From IMG/VR virus record IMGVR_UViG_3300028802_000009, positions 1 through 64,000 of that record: 64,000 bases of DNA; one strand, given 5' to 3'. The position numbers and the translations under genes were made by a program. Position 1 is the first letter of the stretch; each line of letters begins with the position of its first letter. This document shows, in pieces, positions 1 to 10,200 of this stretch. The notes beneath the pieces were generated by a model that was given only the letters and a program-made list of their open reading frames with translations, did no database searches and was not told the origin of the DNA. The DNA comes from a virus.

Positions 1-312
1 GATACCGCCCCTATACCCGAGGATCTGGAACAGATTGGTCGTATAGAGCAGTGTCTTGTTGAGCGAGATGGTCATAGGCTCAGTGACACTCGGCACCAGC
101 TCCGCGATTTGGTCGCCGTAACCAACGCCACGGATCGGATCAATCGTGCGCGACTCATCGAAGGTAAACTCCGAAATCACACCTAGCTGCTGAAGCGCGC
201 GATTGTTCACCGCATAGCCATAGATCTTGTTCTTCTGACTTACAGCGGCACGGGTATTCGGCGCCGTCCCCGGTCGATAGATGTAGTTCGCGGTAGCTGT
301 GTTACTTGCCAT
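1..312 (-). CDS. Tail tube protein (3' end runs off the window; absent from the ORF track)
   Basis: Manual translation from ATG at 312 (SD GAGG upstream): MASNTATANYIYRPGTAPNTRAAVSQKNKIYGYAVNNRALQQLGVISEFTFDESRTIDPIRGVGYGDQIAELVPSVTEPMTISLNKTLLY... The pattern resembles myovirus tube proteins, and the gene lies downstream of the sheath gene. Confidence 0.7.
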   Translation of the reverse strand, partial: MASNTATANYIYRPGTAPNTRAAVSQKNKIYGYAVNNRALQQLGVISEFTFDESRTIDPIRGVGYGDQIAELVPSVTEPMTISLNKTLLYTTNLFQILGYRGGI

Positions 313-383
313 GGTTTTACCTCATGTTGCGCGTCGACCATTGCGAGAATGGAGCGAGCACCCTTTTTGGGGTTACAAAGAGC

Positions 384-458
384 AGGCCGGCACAACCGTA
401 CCCGCGGTGTGCACTTCACCGCAGGGCAATGCGATCACGCGATCCATTGCCATGGCCT
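384..458 (-). ncRNA. Candidate structured 5' leader (multi-stem junction) of the tail tube gene
   Basis: Outer stem AGGCC/GGCCT (454-458 with 384-388) encloses three hairpins (425-451, 401-425, 389-402) in a ~190-nt intergenic gap. Confidence 0.35.
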
Positions 459-503
459 CACTGAGTGCAAAGCCATAAACACAACTTCGATCGAAGCGCG
501 AGC

Positions 504-1157
504 CTAGCCCCACTCGGGGGAGTCAGCCTTCTGCTTCTGCCGCTTTCCAGGCTGGGACGCTGACGATCGCTTTGGGGTGAACAGCCCCTGAATCGCATCG
601 GCCTGACTAGATAGCTCCGACAAGTCTTCCCCGACCCACCCATGGGCTAGGTCGACGTTTGCTGTGATGTCAGCCACGCGAGAGGCAATCTTGAGAAGGT
701 CTGCCTTGGCCCGCACTGAGTCGAATCGTTTGCCAGCGGCGACCAGCCTATCGATGGTTGCATCGGTCTCAGCTACCTTGGTTACGATGTCCTCCGCCAT
801 CTCGACGTTAGAAATCAGGTTGTCGTAAGAAGCAGTCCGCATCTCGGCCTCCAATGTATGACTATCCCACTCGATAAATGGGTTAGTCGATGAGTACCGT
901 GCCCGCCGGAACGGAAGCAGATCCCACATCCGGTCTAGGTCGACCGAAACCACGGCCTTACCGTTAGCCAGAAACTCGTCTAGCGCGATACGAGCCGAGC
1001 GAGCAGATTTAGTGGACCCCACGATGAGACGTAGAACGGATACAGGCCCGAGCATGTACCTCTGGCCGTCAGGAACCTGGACATAGTCCACCACGCCATC
1101 AGTCCCGACGGTGACCATGCCCATGCGAGCACCCCCGGCGACTCGTTTATTCGCCAC
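504..1157 (-). CDS. Hypothetical protein, probable internal head protein (start GTG 1157 or ATG 1124; nested start at 842)
   Basis: Open frame with helical C-terminal half. Internal GGAGG-6nt-ATG at 842 begins MRTAS. Confidence 0.7.
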   Translation of the reverse strand: MANKRVAGGARMGMVTVGTDGVVDYVQVPDGQRYMLGPVSVLRLIVGSTKSARSARIALDEFLANGKAVVSVDLDRMWDLLPFRRARYSSTNPFIEWDSHTLEAEMRTASYDNLISNVEMAEDIVTKVAETDATIDRLVAAGKRFDSVRAKADLLKIASRVADITANVDLAHGWVGEDLSELSSQADAIQGLFTPKRSSASQPGKRQKQKADSPEWG

Positions 1158-1899
1158 GGAAGTCATACATTCCTGCCGCCCGCGAACGCGAGATCGAAAA
1201 GTACTTCTTCCCGCCGGCGTTGGACACCATGTTGCCCAAAGTGACGGTTGAGATGCTCCCATCCTGGCGCTTTACCCGCGCCGAGTCGCCCTCCTGAACG
1301 TCGTGGTCTAGGATCGATACCCCCCAAGTCCCGTCTTTCAGTCTGGCCCAAGAGCCGACAGAGTTAGAGAGCCGTGGCCCACGCGAAGGGCCGTCGCCCT
1401 CACCATCTTCATCGCGAGCCGCCTCCTCTTCATCGTCGTCTTCCTCCCGCTCATGTTCTCTCTCGTCTTCCCTCTGCTCGTGGCGGTAACCCCTATCGGC
1501 ATTGTCGTTTCGCGTCTGAGCCCAGCTGTCCAATTGCTCCGCTTTGTTGTCGTACAGCTCAACCAACGACTCTACTCGGTCAGCAAGATTGTCACGCCAG
1601 TTCTGCGTGCGTTTAACGATCGACTCGCTCTTCCCATCAAGCCCGCGATTATCCTTGAGGGACACCAACCGCACCTTGATCGAGCTTTCGCCCACCCCCC
1701 TCGCGGCATTCGAGTGCACCTTGATCGAGGTCGTTATTCGGACCGCTACGATCTTGCTCAAGCGCAGGTCGTAAAAGTAGGTACCCCCGAACACGCCCTG
1801 TTTTGGATGCAGTGCGTGGAAAGCTCGCTTGATGAACTTGTCCATCTCCTCGATGGTGATGCTCGTGAACTTGGCCGCCATGGCTTGCTTAGTTTTCAT
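1147..1899 (-). CDS. Hypothetical protein with acidic linker, small beta-rich C-terminal domain and terminal MYDFR motif
   Basis: 250-aa ORF with ATGA overlap with the helicase stop; N-terminal KQA motif. Confidence 0.75.
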   Translation of the reverse strand: MKTKQAMAAKFTSITIEEMDKFIKRAFHALHPKQGVFGGTYFYDLRLSKIVAVRITTSIKVHSNAARGVGESSIKVRLVSLKDNRGLDGKSESIVKRTQNWRDNLADRVESLVELYDNKAEQLDSWAQTRNDNADRGYRHEQREDEREHEREEDDDEEEAARDEDGEGDGPSRGPRLSNSVGSWARLKDGTWGVSILDHDVQEGDSARVKRQDGSISTVTLGNMVSNAGGKKYFSISRSRAAGMYDFRGE

Positions 1900-4800
1900 G
1901 GCTCCCTCCGGTCATACGTCACGTTGTAAGTCTCATCGGCGCTCTGGTCATCGGAAAAGCCATGAGCTTGTGCAAAACCCATCGGCAGATCGACCGAAGC
2001 AGTCTTGATCTCTGGTTCAGACGACTTGGCCACAGAGTCTGGTTGAACCACGTTCTCGCCACGTACCAGTCCCGCCTCCTCAACGAACTGACTAAGCCCG
2101 CCGCGCTTCGTACCAGCACAAATGATGTTGAGGTTCTTCTGAGCCCGCGTGATAGCCACATAGGCAAGATTGCGCTCGGCCTCGATCCGTTTCTGTTCTT
2201 TCACTGGGTCGGGCGGTGGGTCGCCTGGTTTCGGCTTAATCTCGATCGGGAACTTACCCTTGGTCATCACGACGAAAACGTTTTCCCATTCCGCGCCCTT
2301 CACCTTGTGAACCGTCGACAAAGTCAGCGCTGGCGCGGGCTCATCACCGTGCTCGCTCTCCCACTGCTCTGTGTCGACGCGAAGCTTATCCCCAAGCGCC
2401 CGATATCGAGCGAGTTTTCGCGCGAACCCCGCAGCATTGGAAGGATCCGTCGCGTTGGCGGCGTCATTGGCATTCGGGATGGCCAACTGAAACAGAAACT
2501 GAACAGCCCCAAGTCCAGCGCCCTCCGCGACGGCCTTCTTGTCCTTGTCGACAAGGCCTCCCCCTTCATCTACGGAAATGGCCTCCTCTTTTTCCTCGTC
2601 CGTTCTCTCCTCCTCCGGCTCATCGTCATCCGAAAAGAGCGCGTTATTGAGTGAAATCTGCTCGCGGAGAGTTTTCGTGGATGCCACCTCGTGTCCGGCG
2701 CCACTAGGCCCCTTTTCATAATTGTAGACTGTTGAGGAGATACCATCGAGAATCGTATTCAGAAGCTCGGAGGTCGGCTGCTGAGGATTGTCTTCCATGT
2801 TCATACGTAGAACACGAATGTCACTCGCGAGCCCTTCGAGATTCTCCGTTAGCTGAGAGACCGCCTTCTTATAGAGCCACTCGCCCTTCTCCATAAGCTT
2901 AGCTTCGTAAGGGCGCTTCAAAGCTCGTGCCAAGATAGACACGTTCTTGCCCTCAAGGAGCTTGTTCGGGTTGATCAGGGACTTGTCAACACGGGTCAGT
3001 CGCGCCACGTCGCGCAAAGCCTCGTCAACACACTTCTCTGCCTCATCGAAGTTGAGAAAGGTGTTGCGCTCCGGGCACAGAATCGCCGCCACGAGCGACT
3101 TCTTCATGCTCTCGTACGAGTCACCCGCAGCTAAGTCGAGATACCCGAGAAGTGCTCGCGACTCCGGGGCCTCCAGGAACCCTTTGCCGCTCTTCTTGAC
3201 GTACCGCATCTCGCCGATAATGCACGCTGTCTCAAAGTCGTTGAGTTCCTTGTTAGTCCGCGCCAGAATCGCAAAGCTCTGCAGGGGCTCTCCGTGTTTG
3301 TGCTTGTCAACTATCTCATTGATCACGCCGATAGCCGCCGAAGCCGAGTCCGGGGGAGTATCCACGGTAATCGACGCGGTCCCGTTCTTCTTGCTCGGCG
3401 CCGCTCGACACTCCATGTCAATCTTATCTTCGTTGTGCACCTGAAGGCGGTTCGCCGCTTCGACAATCTCCGGCTCGCATCTGTAGTTGGTGCGAATTTG
3501 CCGGGTCGTCCACCCTTCCTTTTTGGCGAAGGCAACAAACAGCTCCGGCTTGGAGCCGCGGAACTGATAGATGCACTGCTTATCGTCGCCAATCATCCAC
3601 ATGGACTTTCCGTCGCCGGGCGTGATCTTCCCGGACATGATCTCATAGATCTCGTGCTGGACTAGATTCAGGTCCTGCGCTTCGTCGACCAGGATGTGCT
3701 CGAACGCGTTCTGAACGCGCTCACGCTTCTTCGGGTCACTACGCAGGATATCCAACAGAATCTTCTGCATATCCTCCATGTCGCCCAGGCGCTCGCCGCC
3801 CTTGCGATGCGTACCCATAAACTTCCGATGCGCTCCTGATTCGCAAGGTGGCGCCCATCCGGGAGTATCCCCCTTCAGCCCTAGGTACATGTCATACCAG
3901 ATATACCCGAGGGCCTCCGCCTGTGAGCGAACTTCTTGCTTCGCCAACTCCAACGTCACTCCATTCCCGCGCCACTGGTTCAAGAACGAGTTGGCCGCCT
4001 TCGGTTTGGGCGGACCGCTTTTCACCCACTCCAGAGGGAATCCATAGTGCGCCGCAATCACTTCGGGTTTGCAGTCCGCCCAGGTGTTACGAACGGCCAC
4101 GCTCATCGTGGTACCGGTAAGCTTGCCCTTATCGGTGATCAGACGGGGGCTCTGAAGCATCGCCCGTTCAGTCGGACTCCCAAGCCCCGGCGATGATTTG
4201 TTACCAACGACGAAATTCAGAAAGAGCGAATGCATGGTACTGCAATGAACGTTGTTGGTGCCCACCTTCCGGTCGATCTTGCCCTCAAGCTGAAGGGACG
4301 CCTTTCTATTGAAAGTGCACGCCACGATCTTGCCGCTGTCGCAGCCCCGATCATTGATCAGATACGCGATACGAGATACCAGCGTAGTCGACTTACCAGC
4401 ACCGGCACCGGCCGCGACAAGCACCCGACCATCAGTCAACGCGGCCGCCACCTGCTCCGGGTCGAGCGCTTTACCATTATTGATGAACGCGGCAGGAAGG
4501 TTCTTCGGAATCTCGGGGGTGCTGATAACAGCAGCAACCGTCGCGGCAACAATGCCATGAACTTCTGAGGTTGTGGCGGGCTTGTCCTCAATCCCCGCTG
4601 ACCGCAAGGCTTTGGCAGCTGTTGCGGTCGCGTTAGCTTGTACGGCCGCCAGGACATTCTCTTGCTTGGCAAGAGCCTCTTTAGCCTGTTCCGTGCCTGG
4701 AATCGCAGACTGGGTGACCTTCGCGTCCAGAATCTCGGCGCTTGCGCCGACGAGATCATCCGCGACGGCAGCAACCGGATTCAGAAACTGCTGCGACCCC

Positions 4801-5315
4801 GCTAGCTCTGACGCTTGGTCAATCCACTTGCGCGTTCGCGGGTTACGCATCGGAAGATCGGCGAGCGCTTTGAGCGCTTGGTCCGCATCATCGATGTTCA
4901 GCGCCGTCATCGCCTTTTTTACTTCTTGCCGAGCCTTGCTCTCAGTAAACAACGCATTGAGCAGAGACGGGCCGCCTCGCTTCAAAAGATTGCGAATGCG
5001 ATACGCACGCTCGGCCAAGCCGTTCTGATTGAGGCTGAATCTGAACGCTCTCGTGAGCTGATTCTTGTGCTCTTCCTTTGTGAGATTCTCCAAAAAGAAT
5101 GCCTTAAAGGCATCGCCGCTCGCTCCATCAGCCAAGCGAACTAGCTTCACGGCTTTCTGAATCAGGTCGTCACTAGCCCCAAGACCTTTGAACTCAGACA
5201 CGTAACGGATATACGTGTCGAGCGCGAGCAAAAACACGACATACTCGGCGACCTCTAACTGGCCGACCTCGTCGATCGCTGGCTCAGATTGAAGGACATT
5301 CTGTTCAAGAGGCAT
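1896..5315 (-). CDS. UvrD/PcrA-family SF1A DNA helicase with ~280-aa N-terminal extension
   Basis: SF1A motifs: AGAGAGKST (I), TFNRKA (Ia), STMHSL (Ib), LVDEAQD (II), GDDKQCIYQFRGS (III), NYRC (IV), ILARTN (IVa), STVHKVKGAEW (V), ERNLAYVAITRA (VI). Confidence 0.95.
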   Translation of the reverse strand: MPLEQNVLQSEPAIDEVGQLEVAEYVVFLLALDTYIRYVSEFKGLGASDDLIQKAVKLVRLADGASGDAFKAFFLENLTKEEHKNQLTRAFRFSLNQNGLAERAYRIRNLLKRGGPSLLNALFTESKARQEVKKAMTALNIDDADQALKALADLPMRNPRTRKWIDQASELAGSQQFLNPVAAVADDLVGASAEILDAKVTQSAIPGTEQAKEALAKQENVLAAVQANATATAAKALRSAGIEDKPATTSEVHGIVAATVAAVISTPEIPKNLPAAFINNGKALDPEQVAAALTDGRVLVAAGAGAGKSTTLVSRIAYLINDRGCDSGKIVACTFNRKASLQLEGKIDRKVGTNNVHCSTMHSLFLNFVVGNKSSPGLGSPTERAMLQSPRLITDKGKLTGTTMSVAVRNTWADCKPEVIAAHYGFPLEWVKSGPPKPKAANSFLNQWRGNGVTLELAKQEVRSQAEALGYIWYDMYLGLKGDTPGWAPPCESGAHRKFMGTHRKGGERLGDMEDMQKILLDILRSDPKKRERVQNAFEHILVDEAQDLNLVQHEIYEIMSGKITPGDGKSMWMIGDDKQCIYQFRGSKPELFVAFAKKEGWTTRQIRTNYRCEPEIVEAANRLQVHNEDKIDMECRAAPSKKNGTASITVDTPPDSASAAIGVINEIVDKHKHGEPLQSFAILARTNKELNDFETACIIGEMRYVKKSGKGFLEAPESRALLGYLDLAAGDSYESMKKSLVAAILCPERNTFLNFDEAEKCVDEALRDVARLTRVDKSLINPNKLLEGKNVSILARALKRPYEAKLMEKGEWLYKKAVSQLTENLEGLASDIRVLRMNMEDNPQQPTSELLNTILDGISSTVYNYEKGPSGAGHEVASTKTLREQISLNNALFSDDDEPEEERTDEEKEEAISVDEGGGLVDKDKKAVAEGAGLGAVQFLFQLAIPNANDAANATDPSNAAGFARKLARYRALGDKLRVDTEQWESEHGDEPAPALTLSTVHKVKGAEWENVFVVMTKGKFPIEIKPKPGDPPPDPVKEQKRIEAERNLAYVAITRAQKNLNIICAGTKRGGLSQFVEEAGLVRGENVVQPDSVAKSSEPEIKTASVDLPMGFAQAHGFSDDQSADETYNVTYDRREP

Positions 5316-5327
5316 TCTACTTTCCGT

Positions 5328-5897
5328 TCAGGAGCGTGGAGGTGGATAACAGTCGGCCCCTGGGAAACCGGACGGCGGATCTGGGCACAGGGGTTGAGCG
5401 GGTTGCTGGGTACCGACCATCGGCGCGTTGGGGAACACGCGGATCAGACGGGGTCTCCAGTCCGGGCATAGAGCACGATCGGGTGGCAACGTTCGGCCAT
5501 CGGCCAGGCAGACCCGGTATGAAAGGCACGCCCAGACATTCACGGGGACCGGGATCACATTGCTCTCCCACTCGATGACCGTCTCAAGGGTCACTCCGTA
5601 GAGAGTCGCTACGTCTTGTTGAGACATCCGCAAAGACTCGCGGATGAACACGAAGGATTCGCCTCGGATCAATCCCATCTGGATGAGCGTACTAGCTGCC
5701 CTAAGATTGGAGACCCGATGGACCTCATCGGAGAAGGACGGCCCCCACTCTCGTAGGATGCCAGGCATCGCAGCCGTGAAGATGAGACCCGTGGCACCGA
5801 CGGGCATCAAAAGATCAAACAGCCCCATCTTACCCACTTGCTCTGGGTAGTCGTTCTCAAGAACAACGATCGGGTAATTTGCTAAATCGTCAGCCAC
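5328..5897 (-). CDS. XRE-family HTH protein, MqsA-antitoxin-like architecture
   Basis: FIRESLRMSQQDVATLYGVTLETVIEWES is a canonical XRE HTH; Pro/Cys-rich tail. Confidence 0.7.
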   Translation of the reverse strand: MADDLANYPIVVLENDYPEQVGKMGLFDLLMPVGATGLIFTAAMPGILREWGPSFSDEVHRVSNLRAASTLIQMGLIRGESFVFIRESLRMSQQDVATLYGVTLETVIEWESNVIPVPVNVWACLSYRVCLADGRTLPPDRALCPDWRPRLIRVFPNAPMVGTQQPAQPLCPDPPSGFPGADCYPPPRS

Positions 5898-5974
5898 TAG
5901 GGCGCCTCAACGTGCAGCCAGCACACACAGGAGAGAAAACAAGAAAATCACCGAGGATAGGTGTAGAGGCACCC

Positions 5975-6826
5975 GTGGAGCTGAACGTAAAGATCGATAA
6001 GGCGCTCTCCGGTCTGGTAAGCGATGCGGTGAGCTTCGAGACGGGCCTCACGAAGGAGCTGCTACTGGACCCATCAATGGTCTCGTACGAGCACCACGGA
6101 GACGGCTTCAGTCCCGACGACAAGGGCGCATTGCCATGCTTCTTTGAAGACCTGTTGCTCGGACGTCCGATGCCAGCCACCTTCGCCACGCGAAGCGTGC
6201 AAGACGTGGATACGCTAGTGGCCATCGCTCTGTTCCTACACCGCGACCTAGCCATCAACGCCAACACGCCCGGCTTCGTGTACTTGGTCGACTTCGTGCA
6301 CCGCCGGGGGCTACCCGCGCTCGCACACATAGACGAGCCGCTGGCTCGATTTCTATCCGCTGTGCGTACCCACTTCCCGGACAAGGGGCTGTCACAGCGC
6401 GAGCTAAGTCAGCGGGTGCCCGCGGCGGTCGATTGGATCCGTGAATACATCCATCACGGAACCATCCCCGTATTGGGTCAAGCGCCGAACGCTGATGTCA
6501 GGCTTCTAGACCAAGGAACACGTGGGTTCGCCGTCGCAGAGACTGCCGGCTCTCTCTGGGACGGGTGGGTAAAGCTCTATCGGCTGGGCTTTTTACGCGG
6601 CGTGCTGGTGAGCAATGATGGCGAGCGAAAGCGGGTCCTTGCTGCCAGAAAAAGCCATCATGTGCAGTTCAACCTCGACGCCGCTGCGCGGCTCCTCAAC
6701 CAGATGGAGATCGCCATGGGAGAACTCCCCGAATGGCACGCATCATCGGACCGACTCTGGTTAGAATCGCCCGCAGGAACTTTGATACTCTTGAAGGATA
6801 TCCTCGCCGTTTTGACTCGCGTGTAG
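5975..6826 (+). CDS. Hypothetical protein, possibly a degenerate DHH-like metallo-phosphoesterase; only credible plus-strand gene
   Basis: Protein-like composition, not a shadow of a long minus-strand gene; YEHHG and QDVDT motifs. Likely GTG start at 5975 (ORF track starts at 5879). Confidence 0.65.
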   Translation: MELNVKIDKALSGLVSDAVSFETGLTKELLLDPSMVSYEHHGDGFSPDDKGALPCFFEDLLLGRPMPATFATRSVQDVDTLVAIALFLHRDLAINANTPGFVYLVDFVHRRGLPALAHIDEPLARFLSAVRTHFPDKGLSQRELSQRVPAAVDWIREYIHHGTIPVLGQAPNADVRLLDQGTRGFAVAETAGSLWDGWVKLYRLGFLRGVLVSNDGERKRVLAARKSHHVQFNLDAAARLLNQMEIAMGELPEWHASSDRLWLESPAGTLILLKDILAVLTRV

Positions 6827-7157
6827 CCTCAATACGGCGGAGCATCGCCACATGAGCCAGGCTCAACTCGCAGTCATGAATGGCCGACGCCTCGATTGCC
6901 CTCCGGACCTCGCGGGCCGCTAAGGGGGCAATCCCGAGAGATCGAGTCTTGTAATAGGCTTGAGCGTATGGGCCATCAATCCAAACCGAGCAGAGGGTGT
7001 GGAGCAGGTCCAGGTCATCGGCAAAAGTGAGGTCTTCATCTGGTCCTTCCAAAGCCTCCCTAACCTTTCTGGTTAGGACTTTCCGTAGAGACTTCAGAAG
7101 CCTCTTAATGACACCGTCTCGAAGAAGGTGTTGACTCATGTCGGGCTTCCCGGTCAT
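6696..7157 (-). CDS. Hypothetical helical protein
   Basis: 153-aa ORF filling the gap after the sheath gene; 3' end overlaps the plus-strand gene convergently by ~130 nt. Confidence 0.45.
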   Translation of the reverse strand: MTGKPDMSQHLLRDGVIKRLLKSLRKVLTRKVREALEGPDEDLTFADDLDLLHTLCSVWIDGPYAQAYYKTRSLGIAPLAAREVRRAIEASAIHDCELSLAHVAMLRRIEATRESKRRGYPSRVSKFLRAILTRVGPMMRAIRGVLPWRSPSG

Positions 7158-7198
7158 CAGTTACACCGACTGCCTCCGTTGGCTCCCGATTAAGTGAC

Positions 7199-7230
7199 TC
7201 GGGGCCACCCCAACCTTGGGATAGCCCCGA
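7199..7230 (-). terminator. Strong hairpin after the sheath gene (terminator or 3' stabilising stem)
   Basis: TCGGGGCTATCCCA-AGGT-TGGGGTGGCCCCGA on the minus strand, 22 nt after the sheath stop; no clear U-tract. Confidence 0.55.
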
Positions 7231-7252
7231 ACTGCGCCACAATGGCTAGGCG

Positions 7253-10200
7253 TTACGCCAAGCGCGCACGAAGATTGAAGGTCATCACGATGTAAAGCAG
7301 CGGGAAGATTGGCGAATAATACATCTCAAACCGCAGAATCGTGGGGTCATCAGGGTCGATAGACGCCGACATTCCTGTGAAGGCGCCGACGATCTCGGCC
7401 TCGACCAGCGACCGGAACAACCCGGTCATGGATGTCACCACCTCGTTGGTACGAGCCGCCAAGAACTTGGAGCCAACGAAGGAGTCCAGGATCGCGCGGC
7501 TCTGCTGATGCACAAAGTCCGCGATTTGAGTGACGGTCGGCAGACGCGTCAATATCGAGGTCATGTTGGTGGTCAACCCATGGCGGATACGGATGATTGG
7601 ATCCAAATCCTCCAGGATCGTGACACCGGCGACCGCCGTCTGATTCGCCTCGACCGGGTCCAAGACACGCGGGATCCTCGTGAAGCCCTGAATTCTCCGG
7701 TGCGTGTATGGGGTCGCTACGTCAACGGCTGGGCTCACGACAGCGCCAGAGACGGCGGCTGCGTAAAAGGTTCCGTCTACGAGGCTATCGAAAGATGCGC
7801 CGAGTTCGTCTGTCAAAGTAATGACAGCAGAGTCTGGGTAGAACGCGACGATACGACTAGAGTTCAGCGCCCTCGCGATAGACTGAACGCTGGTTGGCGA
7901 CGTGCCGGACGCAAATCCGATGAAGCCTTGGCGCTCACTTTGATTGCGCGGGTTACTCTGAATTTCGCAGTGCGCCGTGAGGTGCGTGTACACGCCCGTG
8001 CTCGTAGCCAACGGAATCACGATGCTAGGGCGGATGTTTCCAGGCAGCGGGCTAGCCAGCTCATCGATGGCGGCATTGAATGCCTGATCTGACGCCTGAT
8101 TGGTGTTCGGCATCTTGAGGACCTGCTTGATAATGATCAGCACAGCGCCGTTCAAGATCGCTAGGTAGCCAGCCAAGGTCACCCGATTCTCTGCCGAAGT
8201 ACGACCGAAGTTGGCTTCGATAGTCTTGAGCTGCTGGTAGACCTTCGCCGAGAAATCCTGCTTCATGTAGCGGTAGCTAATGAAGTAGAAGTCACCGACA
8301 GCCGGCTCAACGCCGCTCGGATTGTACGTTACAAGGCTTGCCGTATCGTTCACCCCGACGCCGACCGTGTTGGTCACCAGCAGCTCTAGGCCGCCGATCG
8401 AGTAACGCGGAATGGACGGGCTAACATGCCAGGTAGGTGTCACCTCAAGAGTGAAGGAACCAGCCGAATACGAGCCCGTCGCAGAGGGCAACACTGTGAA
8501 GCGCAGACCCGTTCTCGCGTCCGTATAGGTCTGACCCGGAATGCCAGTGCCGTTCGATCCCACCGCGATACCAGCCGAGCTGCTTACCGTGTAGATCCCC
8601 TGCGCGGCCTCTCCAACGTCTCCATCGGTCAGCGGGTTAATGCCCGTACCCGTGGTCGGATTGAATGCTGAACTACCCGAGTCAACGAAGCCGATGCTAG
8701 ATGTCGTTGCACCCGTCGTCAGCGACTCGATGGTGATGAAGTCCTGTCCGCCGATAGAATCGACATAGGCCACTGCACCACTCGCGAATCCACCGGTGCT
8801 CATCAGTGCGTTCACGACCTCCTGAGCCTCGACCAAGCTCTGGCTCGCCGAGGCGTTCTCATTGAAGCCGAGCACCGCGTTGGCGGAACCAGCCTTGATC
8901 ACGAGCGAGGAACTTGGGTCGTTAGTCGTGCTAGTGAGGCGAATTTTGCCCTCATTAGCATGAGGAAGAGCCGGAAGAACAGCGGCGGGCAACGTCGATG
9001 CCACAGCGGGAACAACTGCGTTGATCGCATTGACCACGGCAACGGCTGTCACAGCAGAGCCAGCAGGCAGCGTCACATTATAGTCGACCCCATTCAACCG
9101 GAAGTTGAACTTGTCATTCAAATCAGCGGTGATACTGAATGGCGCCGCTCGCGAGCCCAACAGCGTTGCTGGCTTGTTGATTGCCCCCGGTGAACCACTT
9201 GCCGAGTCATACGCTGTGAAGCCCAGCAGGGATTCGACCGTACCTTGGTCGATCGTGATATTCGAGATCGTATCAAACCCGGCCGGAAGCGCAGGAGGGG
9301 TCACCGTGCTCGTGATGATGAAGAATACATCTCCCGTGCCAACCTGCTTGAAAGTAACGACAGCATCAGAACCGGGGGCGTCCGCCAGAGCGATGCCATT
9401 CGTTATAGCAGTAACGATGTCGGCAGGAGTCATGGAGGTTGCTGGCGTAAGCTCGATAGGCGGCACGACGGTGCCGTTAACCTTCAGCTTGAGCACGTTT
9501 CCGGGAGCATCCGGAATCGGAATAGCACCAGCGGTCAGAGGGACGCGCGCACCGACCAGAGTCGCGGGCGACGGGGTCACCAAGTTCGTAAGCGCGGGAG
9601 CGCCGTTGACTTCGGTCTCCCAGTTCGCCGAGAACGGGCTGTAGAAGGAGTACGGCGCTGCACCCTTGTTCGTGTACGCTGCGTTCGTAGCAACCGAAGT
9701 GCCAAAGGCAACCGTTACTACCTCCGAGACTGGCGTGCCAGCACCCGTATGGAACGCATCAGGAATCAGCTCCGAACCGCGAGGCCACTGGATAATCTCA
9801 GCAGTGCCAGACTTGGAACCAAACCGGACCTCGAACAGATCCTTGTTCTGCGTGGTTGAGAATACCGTGTACTGCCCAGCTCCGACCGCGCCTGGTACGA
9901 CGTTCGTAAAGATGTACGTGTCGTCTGCCAGACGGCTGTAATAGAACGTCGCATACGCATGATAGTCAGGCGGCTGCGCCGTCTTGAGCTTGAAGCGGCG
10001 GGTAGTTCCGTCGAGTTCGAGAACCTCGACTGCCGGGCGATTCAGCGCATCGCGCAAGTTGCGCCCCGTGTAAACCTTCACGAGGTCCGGGCGATTCGTC
10101 ACCAGATCTTGACGGCTGTTGGAAACTGAGTTGAACGTGCTCAGACCAAGTGTGGTGCTGCGGCCATTACCCGTGGTCGGGACCTCCGGCAGCAAATAGT

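Noticed and set aside
384-458. Cloverleaf-like structure as a tRNA
   Set aside because: Stem lengths do not fit; no GTTCRA T-loop, D-loop GG or CCA end.
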